IMG/VR virus record: IMGVR_UViG_3300025645_000069
Span: 1,424 to 65,423 of that record
DNA from: a virus
Lineage: Duplodnaviria > Caudoviricetes
Direction: 5' to 3' (one strand)
Length of the DNA: 64,000 nucleotides
Part shown: one piece after another, positions 57,343 to 64,000 of the stretch
How positions within the stretch are numbered: the first letter of the stretch is position 1
Layout of the letters: every line of letters starts with the position of its first letter
The notes under the pieces: generated by a model
Seen by the model: only the letters and a program-made list of their open reading frames with translations
The model's database searches: none
Told to the model about the DNA's origin: nothing
Translations under genes and position numbers: made by a program

Positions 57343-60300
57343 TTAACAAATATCTCTTTCAGGGTTATTATTTGTAGGTTTTTTATCTACCTTAACTACC
57401 AACTCTTTTAAGCTTTGTCTAAACTCTCTATAACTTGCTAGCTGGAATTGTTTTAATTCTATTTTAGGATCATTTTGCTCAAAGATACTATAATTTGTTT
57501 GTTTTTCTGTATATCCTTCAGGATCATATCTATACTCATTTATAGTATTCCCTTTAGAGTCTTTAAAACCTAAAGGAGATATAACTTCGTATACAGGATT
57601 TTTACTCGGCTTCCCATTTACTGTTGTGTATTGTAATCCTATAAGTTTATAAGTTAAACTTCTTACAGCACGAGTTTTTGTATAAATAGGTGTTCCATCT
57701 GCTCTATACCCCATAATCTGCGTAGTTAACTCTCCTAGAACATTACTTTTTATAATAGGTGCGTATATAGTTTTACCATTTGCTTTTTTTCTTTTTACAG
57801 CTTCTCTGGCTTTACCAGTAAGAGTTATACTAAGCTCTCTTTTAAACGGTACATATTTATTTTTAGAATCTTTAAACCCACTATTTTTAATTCCTTTTTG
57901 TACTTTTTTAGGTTTTGTACCAAGATCTGTAACCATTCTAGGATTTTCAGTGTTATGTCTTAAAATTTGGTCTACCATATCATCTATAGACAACAAACTT
58001 AAGTCTTCTAAATTATGCTTTACATAATCCGAAAACCCACTGTTTTTTACCCAAGTCATCGGTATGTAGGTATGGAAAGAATTCATGTTATTGTTAAATC
58101 CAGACACAAAAAACGCCATATTAACTAATTTTATTGCAAATTTTCTTGTTTTTGGGTCTATATATAAATCTTCCCATTCTTGAACAGCTAAGTTTTTTAT
58201 CTCAGAAGGCACACCTTTTAAGCCTCTAGATTTTACATAACTAGGTAATTCATTTTGTCCAAAAGAATTTATTTTACTAGTTAGTAGTTTGTTTAATAAT
58301 ATACTGTCAGGATTGCTTTTTTGCATTTCCCTAAACTCTACTACAAACGAATCTGCTTGAGACTTAGAAAATAATAAATTTTGCATCCCAAACTCTTCTG
58401 TACTTGCTATTTGAAACCCTGAGTACAAATATGTATACATAGTATCTACAAGCTTTTGTCTATTTAGTATGTTATCTGACATAAGAGTTACATCTAATAA
58501 TTTATGTAACCCTTCTACCATAAACTCAGACTCAGATAAAAATGTATCTTCAAAAGTTTCTAAGATGTAATCTATATACTGATGCGCTACTCCCATTAAA
58601 GTTAGTCCGTCTGCAGTATTGTTTTGGTATTTGCTTCCAAAGTTTATAAATCTAGGATCTTTTTCTAAAGATTCTTTTTTCTCCTTCCTCATTCTAACTT
58701 CTGTTAGATTTCTACCTAAACCTGTAGATATAAGTCTAGACCCTAACATTTGCTCTAACACTGAGTCTCCGTGCTCGTTTAATCTTAAAAATTCATCAAG
58801 AATAAACTTTTGCATTTCAAAATAATTTTCATTAGTGTCTCCAAATCTTAGCAAATCTTCTAATACTGGTACAGTAAGTTCTTGTGCAATGTTGTCTTCT
58901 TCTACAACCACTTCCTCTTCTTCTGCTTCTAACACTTCTTCATCTAAAGCTGCTATCTCATCAATCTCTATTTCAGACTCTTCTACTACCTCTTCTACTT
59001 TACGTGTTTTAGGGAAGAAATCTTTTTTAGTTTTATTAACTGCTTTTTTCTGTATTGCACTTTTAGTTAATTGTACATCTGAAAGAGCTTCACTATCTAA
59101 AGAGAATAGATTGTCTACATACTCTCTAATTACAGGTTGTGCTAAGAATCTATTTACCCATTTGTAGTTTACACCTGAACGTAATAACAAAAATGCTACG
59201 TTTACAGTGTGAGTGTTAAAGTTTACATAAGATATGTATGGGTCTTTTTCAATATCCACGTTTGCATTCATATACGCAGATATAATTTGAGTTATAAGCA
59301 TATCACTACCTATAACGTCGTTTCTAGACAAGTCAGTGTAAACTGCAGCATCTTTTCCCATACCTTTATGCCCATAACCTATATACTCTGTTAACTGTAG
59401 CCCTGCTAACGAGGAAGGTATATGATCTACAATGTTGTTTGCTACAGAACCTACCATTTTTTTACCCATTAAAAATCTAGTTTTTAACGAATCTTGGTAT
59501 ACAGGTCCAAAGAATTTAAGATTAGTCATAATCTTTTCATCACTTCCTTCAAACGCCATGTTATATACATCATTAGCGTCATCCTTTAAGAAGCCTGTAT
59601 CTGTAGGAAACAATAATTCATTACTTTTTTCTGCGTTTTGCAGTATAGATTCCCATATTCTTATTCTTTCATTTTCAAATGCCTCCATAGAGTCAGAAGA
59701 ATCTAACTCAACTCTTCTTAGTTTACCGTCTATAAATTCTAAATGAGGTACTAGTAAAAATATCTTATCAATATCAAAGTCACTACCTGTTAGTGTAGTC
59801 ATACCATCAAATACTACTATAGAATCCCCTGATCCTTTTGGTAGCACACCTGCTATCTCCATAGAAAAGATAGAAGCTATAGATTGGTTTGGTATACGAT
59901 ACCCTAAAAGACGTAGTGCATCTTTATCTACTAATTGTTTTAACTCTGTATCACTAAGTTGCTCCACTGATCTACCGTCTTTTGGTTTGATCTTTTCTAT
60001 AAACTCATACGGTAACAGTATTTGACCAGGTATTATCTTTTTATTTTCTAAATCTAATTGTGGAGCTTTTAGATTTTTTGCATCTATCATCCACCTGATT
60101 CTGTTTTTCTCACTCTTTTTTAACTCAGAGTACCTAGCAGAGTCTTGCCCTAATCCAAATCCAGCTATCTGAACAAATTGTCCTCCTAATGCTTTATATA
60201 ATATAGATTTTCTACTAAGGCCATTTGTTAGTGCGCTTTGTAATCCTCTTCTGTCTTGGAACATAGCATCTAAAGGTATAGTACCGTCTTCCAATCCTTT

Positions 60301-63300
60301 TATCATATTATCATCTTCTGTATCTAAGTAGCGCTCCATTAACTTTGCATGCAGCTTAGCAGGGTCATTTACTCCAGGATTTAAAAAGCTAGGATTAATT
60401 CCGTGAGCTTGTGCAAATTTTTCTTTTCCTTTGTTTGCTATTATAGATTCATTAGTATAATAATCTTTTAGTAACTCTGCGCCGCTAGTGTACCCAGGAT
60501 AAGCTGCATCTAAATCTATATTAGATAATATAATTTGTTTAGGCTGAGAACCTACAATTGTAGAAGTAAACCCTTTAGAAGGAAGCTCTTGCGCTAACCC
60601 CATCATTTCGTGATTTTCTAAAGAGAAATCTAATTCAAAATTATCGTTTATTACACCATTTGTATCTATTTTAGTGATACTTTTAGCTCCAGCTTTAACT
60701 GCACTTATTACAGCTACTTGCACACCAATAACACCTTTATCTGTAGAGTTTTCCTTTTCAAACGCCACCATTTTATCATATAGGTTTTTCAGTGGTGTTG
60801 TTTCTACTAAATCAGGCCAAAGCACTACATATGCAGTTTTTTCTATTCTAGGCACATTATATTGCCCTGAAACTTGTGTTCCTCTAACTGTAAATTTTTG
60901 TGGTGTAAAATTAACTTTTTTGTAATCATCTTTTTTAGCTTTTCCACGCATAATACGCTCAAAAGCTTTTTCTTTACTATCAGGCCATCTACCTAAACCA
61001 CGTTCTCTTTGTTTAAATAATTCTGGAGTTATCCAAGTAGTACCATCAGTAAGATCTACTTCTTCAAACATATCTGATATACTTTTTCCCAACGCTTTTT
61101 TCCACTTAGGATCTGTAAAAAACTCTCCAGGACTCATTATATCATCTACAGTTGCATGATAGTATTTAGGATTTATAGCCCATTTACCTTTATGCTCATA
61201 TATTCTAAATCTTTGTGTAGGTGTAGTAAAGTGTCCTGAACGTTTAGGTACATCTTCTATAGATTTATACATTGCAGGGTGCCCTACAAACATTCCCATA
61301 GACTCTCTTGCAGATATTATACTATTAAATACGTAATCCCCAAAAGCTCTTGCAGATATTTGAGACTTAAGAGTGTTGTTGTCTTTACCTCTTCTAGTTT
61401 TAAAAGAATTTATTAGAGTAGCATCAATTGCTTTACTGTACAATACACCTTCTTTATTTTCAAAGTATACATCATATTTCTTAGCTAGCTCTAAACTTTT
61501 CTTAAACTCTGATATAAAAGCTGTTTTTATCATGCTTTTTATTTCTTCAGAATTAAGAATCTCATCTGTTAAATGCATAGGTAAGTTTCGAGTATACTCT
61601 GTATCTGATGCAGTTGTATGATAAAGTTTTAATTTTTTTGCTATAGGTTTACCGTATGCTAAGTCAGGAAACATCATAGTATCTCCCTTAAACACATTAC
61701 CTGTAGGTAATTTAGTTTTAGGGTCAATAAATTGTTTCACCCCTTCTTTATCTAATTTATAGTGGTAATTTAAAAGCAATTGATCTTCAGGTAACTTATT
61801 TTTACCAAACACATGATCCCAAGCTTGTCTTTGGGATTCTATATCTGCTTTTATATAATTTTGAAATGTAAACACAACTTTATTATTACTAAAAGTAATA
61901 TCTCCATTTAAATATTCTACACCAGAATCTAAGTTTTCAGGCCCTTGTAAATAATGTTGCGTACTAGATGTACCTGTAGAAACAGTTGTGTACTGCCCAT
62001 TTAGTATTCTAGTCATATTATTAATTAATGCATCAGCTCCTGTAAGATACGTATTCTTTTTACCTTCAGATTTTGTAGAAGTATTCACCATATGAAGAAA
62101 CTGCTTTATTGCAAAAGCGTTGTCTTCATTTTCTAATAACCAATTTACCCATACAGATGTTTCTGTGTAGGGTAATTTTTTTAATTGCTCTACGTAGGAT
62201 TTATCTCCTTTTTGGATCCGTAGTACTGCTGTATGTAAATAAGAATACATACCGTATTTCCAATACAATGTAGCTCCTGGCCCAAGTACAGTAGTTTCTA
62301 ATAAATCTGCATCATAAATTCCTTGTGCTGTAGAAAAAGGTTTAATAGCTTTTTCATCAAACATTACAGAATTTATATTACCCTCTACATCTTCTAGTAA
62401 AGGAAAAGATCTACCTTCTTTTGTTTTATTGTGATTATCAATAAGATTTTGTAATCCTAATGACCCTTTTTTTGTACTACCTAAAAATATATATTTAAGG
62501 TCAGACATCAAGCTATTAGCTTCTATTGCAGGGTTTTTTCCTTGCTTAAATAGATATTCTAACGCTGTAGAGTCTGCTTGCACGCCTATAGTGTTTAACA
62601 TTTGCGCAAACACTTTTGCTATAAGACTTAAGTCTATATCTGCTTCTGTAAGATCTTGTAAAGATTGCTTTTTTGCTGAAACTAAAGCTCTTTTATAAAC
62701 TTGCTTTAATTTTGCATTAAACTCTTTATAGGCTTTCACCGCTCTTTCTGCGTTTCTTACATCTAATATTCTTTTACCTGTTTGATTAGGTTTAGTCATT
62801 AGTTGCTCGTACGCTATTTGCCAATTATCTCTAATGTTTTTTTCACTAGACTGTACATCAGGGCTACCTATTCTTGTACCTACTTTAGATGTACCATCTA
62901 CAAACGTACTTGTGTAATCTAGCTCAGGTCTCATAAATGCTTGCACAAATTGAGTCTTTTTATATTGAGGAGATCTTTCTAGCATTGCTACCAGTTCGTT
63001 AAACTCAGGATGGAATCCTTGCACATCTTTTAATTTATCTATCATTAAAGTGTACACATCTACTGTAGGATCTGAAGAGTATATGTTACTTAAATACTGC
63101 ATTATAGTAGCATACGTTTTAGTAAGATCTACTAGCGTAGGCTTACCAAGTATTTTACTTGTTACAGGTACAATTTTACCTTCTTTAAACGTAACTTTAA
63201 ATAAACTCCTAATCATAAGCTTAACATTTGCAGTTAGCTTTTCTTTAGGGTTGCTAAAATGTGCTTCTTTTACGTTTAGTGCTGAAGTTTTCTCATCTTC

Positions 63301-64000
63301 TTTTAGCTCTATTCTAGTTTCTCTTTGCATTCTAGAGAATACCATTTCTAATAGTTGCGACGAGTTTACAGGATCTTTAGGATTATACCTAGGTACAGGC
63401 ATGTCGTTTTCATCTAATAAAGGTAAACGATTTCCGTCTCTATCTTGTACATCTTTTCTTAAGTATACTATATCTTCAAAGATTTGTTGATACAGTCTAT
63501 ATGTTTTAGTTCCTTTTAATTTTGGATTTTTTCTTAACTGCATCATGTGCACTGCAGCCCACTCACCAAAAAATCTGTAGTCTAAATTTTTTACATCATC
63601 AAAATCTTGTACTTGGTATCTTTTATTTTTTACAAACGCTGCAGACAAAACATCAACTGCTTCTTTTATTTCTGCAGGTGTCATTCCTGGTATACGTGTC
63701 AATCCTACAGGGTACATAGCAGTGGCAGATTCTATATTAGAATCAAATATATACCATCTTTTTGATTGCTTTGTTTCTGGATCTATACTTACGTAAAAGT
63801 TTTTAAATATTTTAGGTTCACCATTCTCATCTACATTATTACCAGTTTCACTTGCTGCAAACCATTTGTTAAAATTTTCTTGCTGTGTAATAAGGTATAT
63901 ATTGTATGCTTTTTGTCCGTCTTCATTGTATATATCATACAATTGTCCAAACAACAAAGAAGTTTGCCCATTTGCAGCTAATACTGAATTCTTACCGTTT
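57343..64000 (-). CDS. Virion RNA polymerase (crAss-like two-barrel RNAP), 5'-truncated by the window
   Basis: Catalytic TGSDFDIDK, GYRIPNQ, TDG..WITP and N.NVD..KDP motifs. The frame stays open from 63957 to the window end (NGKNSVLAANGQTS-LLFGQ). Confidence 0.92.
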   Translation of the reverse strand, partial: NGKNSVLAANGQTSLLFGQLYDIYNEDGQKAYNIYLITQQENFNKWFAASETGNNVDENGEPKIFKNFYVSIDPETKQSKRWYIFDSNIESATAMYPVGLTRIPGMTPAEIKEAVDVLSAAFVKNKRYQVQDFDDVKNLDYRFFGEWAAVHMMQLRKNPKLKGTKTYRLYQQIFEDIVYLRKDVQDRDGNRLPLLDENDMPVPRYNPKDPVNSSQLLEMVFSRMQRETRIELKEDEKTSALNVKEAHFSNPKEKLTANVKLMIRSLFKVTFKEGKIVPVTSKILGKPTLVDLTKTYATIMQYLSNIYSSDPTVDVYTLMIDKLKDVQGFHPEFNELVAMLERSPQYKKTQFVQAFMRPELDYTSTFVDGTSKVGTRIGSPDVQSSEKNIRDNWQIAYEQLMTKPNQTGKRILDVRNAERAVKAYKEFNAKLKQVYKRALVSAKKQSLQDLTEADIDLSLIAKVFAQMLNTIGVQADSTALEYLFKQGKNPAIEANSLMSDLKYIFLGSTKKGSLGLQNLIDNHNKTKEGRSFPLLEDVEGNINSVMFDEKAIKPFSTAQGIYDADLLETTVLGPGATLYWKYGMYSYLHTAVLRIQKGDKSYVEQLKKLPYTETSVWVNWLLENEDNAFAIKQFLHMVNTSTKSEGKKNTYLTGADALINNMTRILNGQYTTVSTGTSSTQHYLQGPENLDSGVEYLNGDITFSNNKVVFTFQNYIKADIESQRQAWDHVFGKNKLPEDQLLLNYHYKLDKEGVKQFIDPKTKLPTGNVFKGDTMMFPDLAYGKPIAKKLKLYHTTASDTEYTRNLPMHLTDEILNSEEIKSMIKTAFISEFKKSLELAKKYDVYFENKEGVLYSKAIDATLINSFKTRRGKDNNTLKSQISARAFGDYVFNSIISARESMGMFVGHPAMYKSIEDVPKRSGHFTTPTQRFRIYEHKGKWAINPKYYHATVDDIMSPGEFFTDPKWKKALGKSISDMFEEVDLTDGTTWITPELFKQRERGLGRWPDSKEKAFERIMRGKAKKDDYKKVNFTPQKFTVRGTQVSGQYNVPRIEKTAYVVLWPDLVETTPLKNLYDKMVAFEKENSTDKGVIGVQVAVISAVKAGAKSITKIDTNGVINDNFELDFSLENHEMMGLAQELPSKGFTSTIVGSQPKQIILSNIDLDAAYPGYTSGAELLKDYYTNESIIANKGKEKFAQAHGINPSFLNPGVNDPAKLHAKLMERYLDTEDDNMIKGLEDGTIPLDAMFQDRRGLQSALTNGLSRKSILYKALGGQFVQIAGFGLGQDSARYSELKKSEKNRIRWMIDAKNLKAPQLDLENKKIIPGQILLPYEFIEKIKPKDGRSVEQLSDTELKQLVDKDALRLLGYRIPNQSIASIFSMEIAGVLPKGSGDSIVVFDGMTTLTGSDFDIDKIFLLVPHLEFIDGKLRRVELDSSDSMEAFENERIRIWESILQNAEKSNELLFPTDTGFLKDDANDVYNMAFEGSDEKIMTNLKFFGPVYQDSLKTRFLMGKKMVGSVANNIVDHIPSSLAGLQLTEYIGYGHKGMGKDAAVYTDLSRNDVIGSDMLITQIISAYMNANVDIEKDPYISYVNFNTHTVNVAFLLLRSGVNYKWVNRFLAQPVIREYVDNLFSLDSEALSDVQLTKSAIQKKAVNKTKKDFFPKTRKVEEVVEESEIEIDEIAALDEEVLEAEEEEVVVEEDNIAQELTVPVLEDLLRFGDTNENYFEMQKFILDEFLRLNEHGDSVLEQMLGSRLISTGLGRNLTEVRMRKEKKESLEKDPRFINFGSKYQNNTADGLTLMGVAHQYIDYILETFEDTFLSESEFMVEGLHKLLDVTLMSDNILNRQKLVDTMYTYLYSGFQIASTEEFGMQNLLFSKSQADSFVVEFREMQKSNPDSILLNKLLTSKINSFGQNELPSYVKSRGLKGVPSEIKNLAVQEWEDLYIDPKTRKFAIKLVNMAFFVSGFNNNMNSFHTYIPMTWVKNSGFSDYVKHNLEDLSLLSIDDMVDQILRHNTENPRMVTDLGTKPKKVQKGIKNSGFKDSKNKYVPFKRELSITLTGKAREAVKRKKANGKTIYAPIIKSNVLGELTTQIMGYRADGTPIYTKTRAVRSLTYKLIGLQYTTVNGKPSKNPVYEVISPLGFKDSKGNTINEYRYDPEGYTEKQTNYSIFEQNDPKIELKQFQLASYREFRQSLKELVVKVDKKPTNNNPERDIC

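Noticed and set aside
1982-63981. Numerous 60-150 aa antisense or alternate-frame ORFs inside long genes (e.g. 7788-8213, 29231-29695, 52075-52485, 63050-63490)
   Set aside because: Shadow ORFs of strongly biased coding strands with no recognisable motifs.
1-64000. Stop-codon reassignment as seen in some crAss-like phages
   Set aside because: Long ORFs are intact under the standard code. terL ends in TAG and the major capsid gene in TGA at sensible positions, and no suppressor tRNA is seen.

Overview
The window is about 64 kb of an AT-rich, gene-dense lytic phage genome with the organisation of a crAss-like phage (Crassvirales). TAnnTTTG promoter elements, A-rich leaders without Shine-Dalgarno sites and the gene content point to a Bacteroidota host, possibly a marine flavobacterium (inference). 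It has three blocks. (1) 1-33.3 kb, minus strand, late/structural: terminase, portal, scaffold, major capsid, neck/tail proteins and giant Cys-rich or metalloprotease-like virion proteins, preceded by GroES, HU-like and PD-(D/E)XK genes. (2) 33.8-53.1 kb, plus strand, early/replication: PolA, SF2 helicase, spore-photoproduct-lyase-like radical SAM, DUF932, DnaB, Sak4-like ATPase, SSB, primase, RusA-like, RecE-like, rIIA/rIIB. (3) 53.2-64 kb, minus strand: virion RNA polymerase (DFDID motif, truncated by the window edge) and a co-encoded large protein. The standard genetic code fits. The most striking unexplained feature is a ~600-nt non-coding island (35.26-35.87 kb). It holds three D-armless tRNA mimics with a shared acceptor stem, ATGGT linker, perfect T-arm and ACCA/ACTA end but unrelated middle arms, interleaved with multi-stem RNA structures. 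Other notable items are a pappalysin/M43-like metalloprotease split by a ~900-aa insertion next to a catalytically dead paralog, a stand-alone peptide resembling the redox tail of ribonucleotide reductase, and a fixed-spacing bipartite late-promoter motif. All family calls come from motif recognition by eye; no searches were run.
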